A stretch of 56,433 nt of DNA, filler included, from Sphacelaria rigidula (lineage: Eukaryota): NCBI GenBank assembly GCA_964200075.2. It is 3 parts of 3 records of this genome, joined end to end, with 100 filler letters (N's around TTAATTAATTAA, not from the genome) between each part and the next. Parts side by side here need not be neighbours in the genome. Positions count along the whole stretch, not along the records: positions 18,848 to 37,592 come from CAXNAA020000800.1; 2 more parts are not named here. One strand, 5' to 3'. Position numbers and translations under genes: made by a program. The notes beneath the pieces are model-generated. The model was not told the origin of the DNA, searched no databases, and was given only the letters and a program-made list of their open reading frames with translations. Shown piece by piece: positions 23,411 to 34,749 of the stretch. The stretch's first letter is position 1; each line of letters begins with the position of its first letter.

Positions 23411-26400
23411 CAGCAACAGGTCCATGGTCAGCGGGGGGGCGGTAAAGGTCCTGCTCCCACACGGGCTGTTTTCCCAGGGGATGGAACGCAAGGGGGTACC
23501 AGTAGTGGGGATAGCATGGTGCCGCCCCAGCCTTCCGCTCCAGCTCCTGCAGCTCAACCCCAACCGGCGGCGGGACCGGCTCAGGAGTGGACGTCTCAGA
23601 CAGTGTCGGTATGGCGGGGTCTGCACAGCGCTGAGGTTGCAGATTTACAGGCTGAGGGTGTAATAGTTGACCGCAAGCAGTGATGCTGCCGGGCAGACTT
23701 GTCCGTTCCTGGTTCCACAGTTAAGAAAGTCTGCCCTGTTACTGCAGTTTTGGATTCGGGGGCTGGCATCACTATCATGTCTGAAAAAGTGGCGGCCCAG
23801 TTGCAAGCAGTGTTCCCTGATGTGTCCGTTGTCACCAGTATGGCTCGTGCACACCCGTTGAAACTAGCTGATGGTAATGTTCGGAGTATGCAGTCGAAGA
23901 CGTGCCTAGTGCGGACCGCTCTACACACCAGCTGGGGGACGGTGGTGTTGGATCCGTGTCACTATGCTGTTATTATGCCAGGTGCCGATGATATGGTGAT
24001 CCTCGGGAGCGGTACGCTTGAAGCCATGGGCATTGACGTGTACAGTGGGCTGGACGTATGCGCACGCTCAAGACACGCGTTGGTGAGAGGTGTAGATACG
24101 CCTGAATCCCGAGAATGTAGGCGTGTGAGCATTGCGATTGAAGCGCTACAGGATCCAGGTGGACAAGAGGAGCTTGTGGATCCCTCCGTTGAGCGATTAA
24201 TGTCGCGTGGTCCCGAGATGGACATAAATCCGGAGGAGGAGCTGGCAGACGTCGTGTTGCACTGGATCATGTAGTACAGGCGGCTGCGGACAAGGGTATG
24301 TCGGCGAGCGGCGTTGATAAGCTTCGGGAGGTTGTTGGGCGCCGTGTCAACGCTTTCCGGCGAGCACTGCGCGGTGATCCGCCTGCTCGAGTAGAGCCAT
24401 TGAAGGTGAGATTCAAACCTGGGGCTAGGGCAGTCAAGGCGAGCCCGCGGGTGTATTTCCCCGTGAAGGCAACGTGGTTAGCGGGGTGTATGGCAACGCT
24501 GGTGGCGCTTGGGCTCGTATTTCGCAGCTTACGGGCGGTGTGGGTGAGTGCGGCCATGGCGACGCCGAAGAAGGGCAGTTATCGACTGGTGAGTGATTAT
24601 CGCGCGGTAAACAAGCAGATTGAAAAGGTTCCGAATGTTATGCCCAACCAAGAGGCGGAGATGATCGATTTGCTGGGCGCTGTGTGTTTTGGTAAGATTG
24701 ATATGCTGCAGGGGTACTGGCAGATGCCGTTGGCGGCTGATGCACAAGAAATATTTATGATCGCGACTCCCGAAGGTCTGTTTACCCCTACATGGGTGCC
24801 GCAAGGAGTGTTGAATGCGACGGGGTACTGCCAGGGCATCATGGCAGGATTATTGACCGGACTTCAGTGCACAGTATGGGTGGATGATATCTTGTGGTGG
24901 GGTAAACATGAGGATGATTGTTGCGTACACTTGACAAGATTTTGGGCCATTTGGAGGATGCTGGTCTTTTTGCGGCTGCGCACAAGTGCATGTTCTACGA
25001 CACACAGATCACGTGGTACGGAAAGGTCTTTTCAGGTGGTCACGTGGCTCATGACCGCGAGAGACTGAGCGGGTTGGCCAGTCTTAGGCGCCCGCGCACA
25101 GCAGACGAGCTTATGCAGTTCCTGTAGGCGGTAAACTGGCTGAGAACGTCCCTACCGCGTCTGGCGGAGGTGGTGGAGCCGCTGCGGGTATTACTGGAGG
25201 AACACATGCAGGGGAACGTGCGCCGTACCAAGCGAGTGGCGTCAAACCGGACAATCGAGGATTCAGCATGGACGTCCAGGCGTGCTCAAGCGTGGCACGA
25301 GGCCCAAGATTTGGTGGCGCATGCCGTCGCTTTGTCATATCCCAAGCAGGGGTACGGGGTGCTCATGTTTCCAGACGCATCGGATCTACACTGGAGTAGT
25401 TTTATTACGCAGGTGCCCGATGATGAACTGGGTGGTACATCGGCGATGGAAGACATGAGCCATGAGCCCATGGGGTTTCTTAGCGGGACGTTTCGTGAAG
25501 CGCAGGTTCGGTGGGCTACGGTGGAGAAGGAAGGCTATGCAATCACTGCTACCCAGAGGCTCGAGCATTGGAAGGCTGTGCTCGGGCAGTATGATTGCTC
25601 CATCAGGCACATTGCTGGTGAGCGCAACTGCTGGGGAGATTTATTGTCAAGGTAGGTAAACGTTCCGGCGGTGTCTGTACGTGCTGCGGCCGTGTTTGCG
25701 GGCGGTCAGCCTGATGAAACGCTGCCGTCGAAGGACGCTATTCGTGAGCCCCAAGAACAAGCTCAGGCCGGGTTAGGAGTGATGGATGCTAGAGCCCCTA
25801 TCTTTGCAGCAGCTGTTGGGCGAGTTTCAAGAGACAGTGAGGGTTTGTTTCGCGTGCATGTAGCAGGGCGGAATGTGTTGTGGATCCCGCCGCGAGCAAG
25901 AGAGCTGCAAACACGCTTGATGGTGTGTGCTCACATGAAGGGGACGATTCATGGGGGTGTTGTGGCGACACTGCAGCGGCTGCAAGAGTATTGCTGTTGG
26001 TTTCAGATGGAAGCTCATGTGACGGATGTTGTGAGGAAATGCTTATATTGTCTGGACTCGAAAGCGGATGAGATGGCCCTGCGGCCATTAGGGGAGACAG
26101 TGCATGGCACACGGCCCGGTGAGGTGATGCATTTTGATTATCTGTACGTTGGCGAAAGTGGACCGCTGGGCGAGAGCGGCCTGGATGAAGGCGACGGGTA
26201 CAAGTAGAGATTTTTATTGATGTATGATCTGTGCAATTTCGCGTGGTTGGAGCCCACCGAATCTTGTACAGCTGCAGCAACTGTGCAGCATCTGCTGGTG
26301 TGGTGCAAGGCGTGGGGTCCGCCCGAGGTCTGGGTTAGTGATGCAAGCATTGGAGAAGGCGCTGAAGCTGGACAGGAGGTTTGCGGTTCCCAACTCGCCG

Positions 26401-27262
26401 TGGTCAAGTGGTACGTGTGAAAGGATGATGCGGGAGGTTGTCCGCACTTGGAAGGCCATGCTGCAAGAAGAGAGGCGCGACGTTCGTGACTGGGTGGGAC
26501 TGGTGCCTGCCGTACAGTGGGCATTGAACACGGCATTCCGCGAGCGCTACGCCAGTACGCCATACCATGTGATGTTTGGACGGGCACCGCGCACAAGGTT
26601 TTCAACCCTGGCATCGTCGACTGGCGGCGAGTGGCGACTTGATGTGCTGGATGAGGACATGCTGTGGGAGAAGGTGACGTCAGTCGTGGAGGCGCAGCAA
26701 GCGTTGCAAAAGGAGGTGGCCCAGCATGTTGAGAAGACTCGTGAACTGCAATGACGTGTAGCTAGTAAGAAACAGTTGCCAAATTTCATGGTGGGTGACT
26801 ATGTGTTGGCTGCGAGGGTTAGGCGCTCAGGTACAACGCCAAAACTCGGAAGTACGTGGACAGGACCGTGGAGGATCGTGGCAGCGGAGCATCAGCATGT
26901 GTACGAGATTCAGAATATCGTCAACGGTGAAATGAAGGACGCGCATGTCTCCCGTCTACCGTACCACGCGGACAAGGAGCTGGCGGGCACTGCGGATCTG
27001 AAGGAAGTGTTCCAGCATGCGTTTGCGCAAGGAGAATTCGAGATGGAGGCGATCGTTGACTTGTCCGAGGCTCAAGACGGCGATGGGTTCGTTGTACACG
27101 TGGAATGGGTAGGTTTCCGCAAGGATGAGAGCTCGTGGGAGCCTCTGAAAACCCTTTTTTTTGGAAGGAGCCCCGCAGTTTGTACGTTCTGAATTGCGTA
27201 AGTTGCGACTAACAAAGCAGGTACGGGCGCGTTTGCTGGCTAAGTATGGGCTCAAGCTCTGA
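23411..27262 (+). pseudogene. pol: Disrupted pol of element A: protease, RT, RNase H, integrase, chromodomain
   Basis: PR AVLDSGA. RT YRLVSDYRAVN, KIDMLQGYWQ, VPQG, VWVDD. RH MFPDAS...EKEGYAI...GERNCWGDLLSR. INT CAH..H...CLYC, HFDYL, WVSD, GTCER, WTGPW. Chromodomain EFEMEAIV...VEWVGF...SSWEP. Multiple stops, frameshifts and deletions. Confidence 0.93.
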
Positions 27263-27542
27263 TTGATTGGGTTTCAAGCTGTGCTTCGCTGTTGGCGTAG
27301 TTCATGGATTCTACTATGCAATTTGGTGTACGTACGTTGAGTATACCGCTTGGTTCCTGTTTGCTTGACATGTTGAAGTAGTTCGTGCTTGTGTGTTAAG
27401 ATTATACTGGGGGGGGCATCGTGATAGGACCTGATGCGGTCTGATAATGCTTGTCTCTTGTTGACATCGTAGGGTATTGTCGGTGTCTACTGTTTTGTAA
27501 ATTCGCTTTTTACTTCAAGTAGTGCAAAGTTTTGGAGGGTGC

Positions 27543-27790
27543 TGTAGAGTAGTCCACGTACAGTATCCATCATGTAGATATGCGACGGATCCTGGATTGA
27601 TTGTTCGGAGGATGACTATTGGATGCGTAACATATCGTGTTCGTGAGGAAAGCCCGTGACCCTCACTTCTGGTTAACGAAGACTGCCGTTTCTATAATTG
27701 CTCGAAGTCTTGAAGTCTCTGGAGCCCGAGACTGGGAGGAAGCCTCTGGAGCAGCACTGTAACCTTGTCCTGATTACAGGCAGGTTCACA
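27543..27790 (+). repeat. 3' LTR of element A
   Basis: TGTAGAG...GGTTCACA, preceded by a PPT. Confidence 0.93.
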
Positions 27791-27978
27791 GCAACAAGGC
27801 GACAAAACATAGGCCTGTCCGAGTGGACAGGCACGACAGCGCTAGAGGTGTCGCCGCTATTGCCGTCAAGGAGCAAGCCGGACAGGAGGTGGCGGCTGTA
27901 GCGAATATTGGTGATACTGCTGCTGCGGTTGGCGATGTTGAGAGGGCGAGGCCTACATGGGCCAATTAGCAAGTACTG

Positions 27979-28602
27979 GTGGGCGGTGATCCAAGTTGCT
28001 TGTTGCCGCCGGACCACCCAGTAGCTGGAAATACTCCTTGCATGCTCGAACCTGCAGGGGGGTGTTATTCGCGTATTGCGAGCGAGCAGGGTGAGCTTGG
28101 AGCTTGCCGTGCTCATGGTCAATCTATCTGCGCCAGTGACATGGCGGGAAATCGTTCAGATGACTCGCAGGGGTGTCTGCTTGAAGGACAGGTGGATGCC
28201 GGGTTGGCGGAATTGCCGCCGGAGCAGCGCGTAGCTGTGGACACGCCTTGTATGATCGAAAAAACAGGGCCGTGTGACCCGCGTGAAGCGGGTACGCAGA
28301 GCGAGCTGCAAGCTCGTGATGCTGCTAGCGATCACAATTCGGACGGCGACGACGAGCATCGCGTGGTGTTGGAGTGGTCGTGTGCACTGCTGTATGCATG
28401 GATAGGTCTGGCGTATTTGGCGGCGTTGATTGCGGTGTCTCTACCGCTGTACGGTCAGGTGCTGGAGGAGGATGGCATGATGGCACCGGGAGGTGTTGCT
28501 GTGCGGGACAGTATGGATGTTCCCGTTTTACCTCTTGTTTCCTCTCAGTATGATCGTATCGCGTATGCAGGTGGAAATTCTGGCGTACGCATGGATATTT
28601 AG
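27979..28602 (+). CDS. Extra ORF of element C with two ~35-aa repeats and a predicted transmembrane helix; function unknown, possibly decayed
   Basis: Repeats LPPDHPVAGNTPCMLEPAGGC..R.A..QGEL and LPPEQRVAVDTPCMIEKTGPC..R.A..QSEL. The hydrophobic segment ALLYAWIGLAYLAALIAVSLPLY is also present in element D at ~18916-19030. Confidence 0.45.
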   Translation: MGGDPSCLLPPDHPVAGNTPCMLEPAGGCYSRIASEQGELGACRAHGQSICASDMAGNRSDDSQGCLLEGQVDAGLAELPPEQRVAVDTPCMIEKTGPCDPREAGTQSELQARDAASDHNSDGDDEHRVVLEWSCALLYAWIGLAYLAALIAVSLPLYGQVLEEDGMMAPGGVAVRDSMDVPVLPLVSSQYDRIAYAGGNSGVRMDI

Positions 28603-31233
28603 GATATGTGTGTTGTGCTGATCAGGTGGCACGGACGATGCATGGTGTCTGCTGCGAGGAAAATGGCATTGCATGTGTTGGGTGAAATGCTGGCATGCAT
28701 GTGTGGAATGTTTGCTTCAGTATGTTACTTGTGCGCATGATATCTGGCAAAGAGTCAGAGTGAGGCACTTTTCAATATGCTGCTTTATGCTGGATGAGTT
28801 GAACCTCGTATATATTCCTGTTCACACAGACACGCGGCGGCGTTCTCTGTGTGCAGTTCGTAGGTACTGACTGTAGGAGATGGTGATTGCTGCTGCTGGC
28901 GTCGAAATGAGCAGTGTCTACAAAATGCGTTGGCTCGTATGTGCGCAAGGAAAAAACGAGTGTTTCTTATGGTCGAAATGAGTGATATTTAGCTATGGAA
29001 GGTCTTCTGATGGAATAGCTCATTTCCGTTTGGGAAGATCATGTGGATGGAGTGTCTGTTTGTCTAAGAGAGCGGTGCAGGTGAGCTGCAAGTCTGTTGG
29101 GAAATGAGCTGCATTTTACATCGCGGTTGATCGACCGATGGGTTATCACGGTCCCAAATCCAAGTTGAGATATTACATCTGGGTGCTTTCTGGGATGTAA
29201 TATCTCGAGTTTGAGAACGACATCACTACGAGTGATAAATGATTGCGGAGGTCGAGGTCCGTTTACCGTTGTTGTGTTGGCATACATGACTCGAAAAGGG
29301 TTTTGAGTCATGGCTTTTTTTTTCAGTATGCTCATGAGTTGAGTGGCGGAAATGAAGCTATGAAGCTTCCTCGAAGAAGAGGTGTGCGATGCATACGTTT
29401 TCACGGAGTTGAACAAGCAAGAGATCAGCTGCATTCTAGACGTGTTAGATGTTCATATGATTCTAGTTTCAGGTATATCACTTGGCTATTGCACTCCGTT
29501 GCGCAGGTGTTGAACGTACGAAAGAGTATTTTGTACGATTAACGGTATCGAATGCGAGAGAAGAATTGTCACAATGTCGTTTGATTTTGAAGTTCGTTGA
29601 CGTTTGAGATTTTTCTGCCGGTTTGGAGTCAGGAGACTTGTTCGCGGCATGGATTTGAGAATTGGGCGTCAGCTATCGCTCCGTGACTCGGAGCGATGCA
29701 AGTAGCGTGATTGTGTGTTCATGATGGACGTCTTGGATCTCTTGCGAGTTGTTCTGACATTGGACAAGCTTGTATGAGTGTTATCGTATACTGCGGTAGG
29801 GATTGCCACTCTTGATGAAGACTGACGGTAAACTTCGGCAACAACGATGTCTGAGTTCTTCAAGCTCTAGGTTGACTACTTGTTGGTGGTAAGCGAAGTT
29901 CGGGGGTGCCGTAGACTCCGGGCAACATTGTCACCGGTACATGAATGCTCTTGAGAAAATGCATAGCAGACATAGGCTGGTTGATGGATCAGGGATCTGA
30001 GAGTATGATCGGTGGACTCCGCGATGCATGATTTTTGCACACGAGGTGCGCAGGTCACTTCTGGTTAACCAAGACATGCTGTATGTATAACTGCTTGAGC
30101 CTCGAAGCCTCTGGAACCCGTGACAGGGAGGAAGCCCCTGGAGCAACACTATGACCTTGTTCTGGTTTGAGACAAGTCTATACGCCACAGTGGCATCGAT
30201 TGCATATTTCAAAAGTAGTCCCGTGCTGCGATCAATTCGACCGTAAATCTACGTGCAGCCAACGGTTTGCTCCTACAAATATTGGAGTTTGCCCGTTTCA
30301 AACTCAAGCTTGGCTAAACAACTCTCTCGTCGAAGCACTGAATTAGTCGTCCCGTCACTCGGCCCTGACTCGTTGCTACTTGACAATTAGTGTATGTTCA
30401 AGTTTGGAGCCACTCTGTATTGAGCGAACCAAACATGGTCTTTTCCTTCCCTCATGGTGGCAATTATATCCCAGCCATTTATCGAGAATATGATAGCTCC
30501 ACATCGTTGCAGCTTTCTACTGATCAACACTAAGAAACGTTTCCAGTAGCATCCATGCATCGAGATGCTGATGAAATTCCGGTAATACTGGTTGAGCGGG
30601 TGACAATCAAAGCACAGCATGAGGCAGCCGGTGAAGCTTCTATCGAACATCGACGAGCGACCGATTGTCCAACGAACCTCGTCTGTCTCTTGAGAAGAAA
30701 TGTCACAGCCTCATAAACCAAAAGTGTTTGAATCATTTATTGTCGCCCGCACATTTGAGACTTAGTCCGTTACAGACGGATCCGTGGCAGTGCAAATCGT
30801 TAATCTGTCGTTCCACGAAGTGCCATTACCAACAAAAATAGTCTTGGGTAATCTCATCACTGTATCTGTAGTACACCCAGAGCAAATACACGTCAACGCT
30901 GTAGCGACAGTCCCTCGAGCAAAATCTGAAGTGCAAAAATTTGATTCGATTTGATGGATTGATTGTCGCACTTCAACTGACCCCCCAGGGTTCCAACCGT
31001 TGTCGCATCAGAGACGTACCAAAAAAAAGCAAAACTGAAACATTCGCTGAAGAAAAGAAGGGACAGAAAAAAGTCGAACAGAACCACATAATACACTAAC
31101 ACGTGAAAAATAAAAAGTCAACAAAAGCAGAGCACAGAAAGAGATGGGCGACCTTAAACAACAAAAAAGGAAAAAAGAGCAAAAAATGGACTAAAATAAT
31201 TAAGAAAGGAAAACACCCAAGGGGTTCAGGGCA

Positions 31234-34200
31234 TATAGAAGCCCTCCTGGACTCAGAACAGGGTCACAAGGGCTTCCTCCCTCACTAGGGCCTGGAGACT
31301 TCAAGACAGTTGTTGTTCATAAACACACAGCCTTCATTATCGGAAGTAACCACATGAGTGAAGCATGTGATGTTCAAGTCCACATAGTCTGCCGATCAGA
31401 CTCGCAAGTCCGTCAACGAATAGAAAACGCCTACAGTAGATTGTTCCAGTTGTAGATCATCATGAGCCTTCACGTACGTGTACTAGAGGTGGACTACTCT
31501 ACAGCACCCCCAAAACACCGCACTACTCGAAGTAGAAAGCGAGTTTGACAAACAGTAGACACCGACGAACAAGTTCATGCTACCTTTGTCCGCCTGTTAG
31601 TGACACATGACCATGCTACGTCATGTTCTCAAAGAAGACGATCATTCGCAAAACGCTGAACATCAACACTTGAACACAGCGTCTCAATCGCATTTAGTGA
31701 AATCAATAATTCATTCAACGGCAATTTCCAGTCGTGGCATGCTCACACAAAGCAAACGCGCCGAGGATAATATCATTTCAAACCGTAGCATTCGATCATA
31801 CCATGCACTCAAAGCTTGATACCGTACTTTGCCTACAACCGTGCCCGCACCTTTTGACTAAGTTCCAACTGACGAACCTTAGAACAAGTATGCGATGCTT
31901 CTTCCAGAAAAATGGGCACACTCTCCACATTGTTTATTTTTCAGATGCGAAACACCATCTATGCACTTATCCAAACAGATGACAAGCCATCAAAGATGTA
32001 CCACAGTAAAAAATCACTGTATTCGCGCACGATTTCTTTCATTGTCAACCTCTGGAAATACTCACGTTATACTTGTTCACATGCAAGCCTAGGTATTTCG
32101 TAGTTTCCGCTCATTTTCACGCCAGCAGCAGCAATCAACATCTCATACAGTCAGTGTCTGCAAACCGCACAAAGATTATTCTACTTTTTGCGCGAACAAT
32201 AATATACTAGCTTTATTACATTCAGCACACAGCAGTGTACAAAAAAACTGCCTCACTCTGACTCTTCATCAGACACCATGCACATCAGTCATATCTGCAT
32301 GCTCATATTTCACCCAGCAGCTTCTTTGCAGAAACCACCATGTATCATGCGTGCCAACCAGCGCAACACAACAGGCACGTCCAGGAACCACACCACCACC
32401 ACCTACAGTCGTCCACAAAACGATTCAGGTATACAAGTCACAATATGCCGTTATCCGCGGCGGCTTGTACTGCCTCCTCCGGCGCAACATCAAGCTCAGC
32501 AAGCTCTCTTTTCCGGGGATATGCTCATCGCCGGACTTCTCAACAACAACCGCTCGACTGAGGAATAAACGAGCTACGCCCGACCTCCTGGTTGCTGTAA
32601 AGCGTCAACCGCGGTACTGACACGCCGACAGTCCGTAAAACCAGGCGCGTTTACACCTCGCACCGAAGTGTTCCTTGGACGTGCACAGGCACCCAAGCTA
32701 CTGTAGACGTCAATGCCCAGCGCCTCCAGCGTAGGGCTCCCCATGATGATCACATCATTTGTACCCGGCATGACCGCGTTTGAACATGGGTCCGGCACAA
32801 CCGGTCCCCAGCTGGTGTGTAAAGCGGTTCGGACAGGGCACGCTTTCTGCTTCACGCGCTCAACATTGCCGTTAGCCAGTGTCACCAGCTGTTCATCAAC
32901 CATCGGTGTGACCACTCGAACATCTGGAACAATAGCTTGTAATTTCGCCGCTACACCCACTGATATCGTCGTAATTCCAGATCCCGAGTCTAAAGTGGCC
33001 TTGACCGGACAAACACCCTTTGCCCCTGCACTCGGGACAGACAAGTCGGCGAGATACCACCTTTCCTTGCTATCTACTTGCAGACCCTCAGATTGAAAAG
33101 TTGACACCTCACCCGCTTTGAGCGGTCTCCATGTTGGCACCGCCTCAGATTTCGAACCCGGGAACGAGTGCGATGACATGGTCTGCTGCACGCCACCAGT
33201 AGAAGCGACCGGTTCTGGTGGCAACGTCGCCCCCCCATTGAAAGACTTTGTCCATCGGCTGAAAAGACAGCCCTTGTAGGGGCGGGACTCGTGCCCCCTC
33301 CGCGAGGTACCTGTCCAGGGCCCTGCGACAGCTGCTGTTGTTGTTGCTGCATGTCGCCAGCCTTCGTCTGCCCACCGTCACTACGTTTTGTAGCAGCAGC
33401 TTGGCCTTCCTGCTTGCAATCCTTCCGGAAATGGCCCTTGTCTCCACATATGCAACATCCTGCATAGTTTGGGCCTGGTGTCGGGTTTTCCCGGAACTGG
33501 CAGTCCCATTTCCACTGCTCGCCGTTTTTCCCCCATTTGGTTGGTGCTTGCTTCCGGAAATCCCGCTGCCACTGCTTTGTTTCAGCTGCGGCTGCTGACG
33601 GTGCTGCTTATCCGCCGCTTCCACAGTCTTCCATGCCTCCGCTGCTTCCCGAGCCGTGTTATACACAAGCCCAGGGTCCTCCTTCCACCCCCCCTTCATG
33701 TTCAACATGTTGAGGACTTTAGTTTTTAATTCGGGGGGGGTCAGTCCATTCAACATTTCCCGAGTTATGAGTTGAGCGGGTCCTGGTTTGAAATTTGCAT
33801 CATCGAGAAACGCACGCCCGGCGCTAGCATTCTCCGCAAAAAATTCCTCCAGGGCACCCCACTGCCCTTCTACTCTTCGCATTGCAGTTTGCTCGTTGCG
33901 GGCCGCCAACGCTTTCCGCACACCAGCAGCAGCAACTGAAGGATCAATCTCTTCATCCTGCCAACATTTCGCATGTCGACCTAGTGCCTCCTTGAGATCG
34001 TCTTCGTCAAGCACGGATCCGTCAAAAATCGTGCGTGGCAAACACGCACGGATGTGCTTCGGCACCAGTTCAGTAACAGTCAGTAAGACGGCCTGCATGC
34101 TACGTCCTTTGTTGTTCATTTTGACCGCCTCTTCATACTCGACGTGTTTCTGATAAAAACGTCGGGACGCATTTTCGCTAAAATGCCGTGCCTACTCTGG

Positions 34201-34745
34201 GGCTTTCAGCGATCCTGCAAGCATAAGCTCAGTAACCTTAAACTTCACCTCTTCGCCTGCATCGTCATCAACCACTTTATTGCGCGTTGCCATAGCTGGA
34301 CGCAGCAGTTCCAGCCAACCTAGCCGTCTCTCTGTCGTCAGCGAGCTCCCTCACTTTACAGAGTGCACACTCCTGTGTACAAAGTCTGATCTAATTCCTC
34401 CGCAGCTGCCCACAGCTGAAAAACCTCTTCCAGAAACCAGCGGGTTCCTCTTAATAAACGTTTATTATAGAGCCCTCCTGGACTCAGAACAAGGTCACAA
34501 GATTGCTCCAAGGGCTTCCTCCCTCACTGGGGCCTGGAGACTTCAAGACAGTTGTTATTCATAAACACACAGCCTTTGTTATCGGAAGTAACCACATGCG
34601 TGAAGCATGTGATGCTCAAATCCACATAGTCTGCTGATCAGACCCGCAAGTCCGTCAACTAATAGAAAACGCCTAGAGCAGATTGTTCTACTTGTAGACC
34701 ATCATGAACCTGCACGTACGTGTACTGGAGGTGGACTACTCTACA
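31234..34745 (-). mobile_element. Non-autonomous Gag+protease LTR retrotransposon (element B), 3.5 kb
   Basis: LTRs at 34466-34745 and 31234-31503, TSD GGCA/GGCA (31230-31233, 34746-34749), PPT at 31504-31511, palindrome at the PBS position. Encodes Gag and PR but no RT, RH or INT. Confidence 0.92.
32574..34293 (-). pseudogene. gag: Disrupted gag-protease of element B
   Basis: MATRNK...EEVKFKVTELMLAGSLKAPE*...VPKHIRAC...GLTPPELKTKV is homologous to element A Gag. PR has ATLDSGS...VRTALHTSWG. There is an internal stop and frameshifts around the zinc knuckle. Confidence 0.9.
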
Positions 34746-34749
34746 GGCA

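Larger units (their letters stand above)
21990..27790 (+). mobile_element. Full-length but decayed Ty3/Gypsy chromodomain LTR retrotransposon (element A)
   Basis: LTRs at 21990-22239 and 27543-27790 (roughly 90% identical by eye), PPT GGAGGGTGC before the 3' LTR, imperfect TSD GTAA/GCAA, and Gypsy domain order gag-PR-RT-RH-INT-chromodomain. Confidence 0.95.
20868..30182 (+). mobile_element. Pol-less LTR element C (LTRs 20868-21049 and 29910-30182), interrupted by nested element A
   Basis: Order is LTR, palindrome variant ACAAACGTTCAT, gag-like ORF, (element A), extra ORF, long 3' region, PPT GGGGGTGC, then LTR CGTAGAC...AAGTCTATA. The two LTRs match mainly at their ends. Confidence 0.7.

Noticed and set aside
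30183-31000. Possible decayed transposase between element C and element B
   Set aside because: There are only vague motifs, on conflicting strands. It cannot be supported without a profile search.
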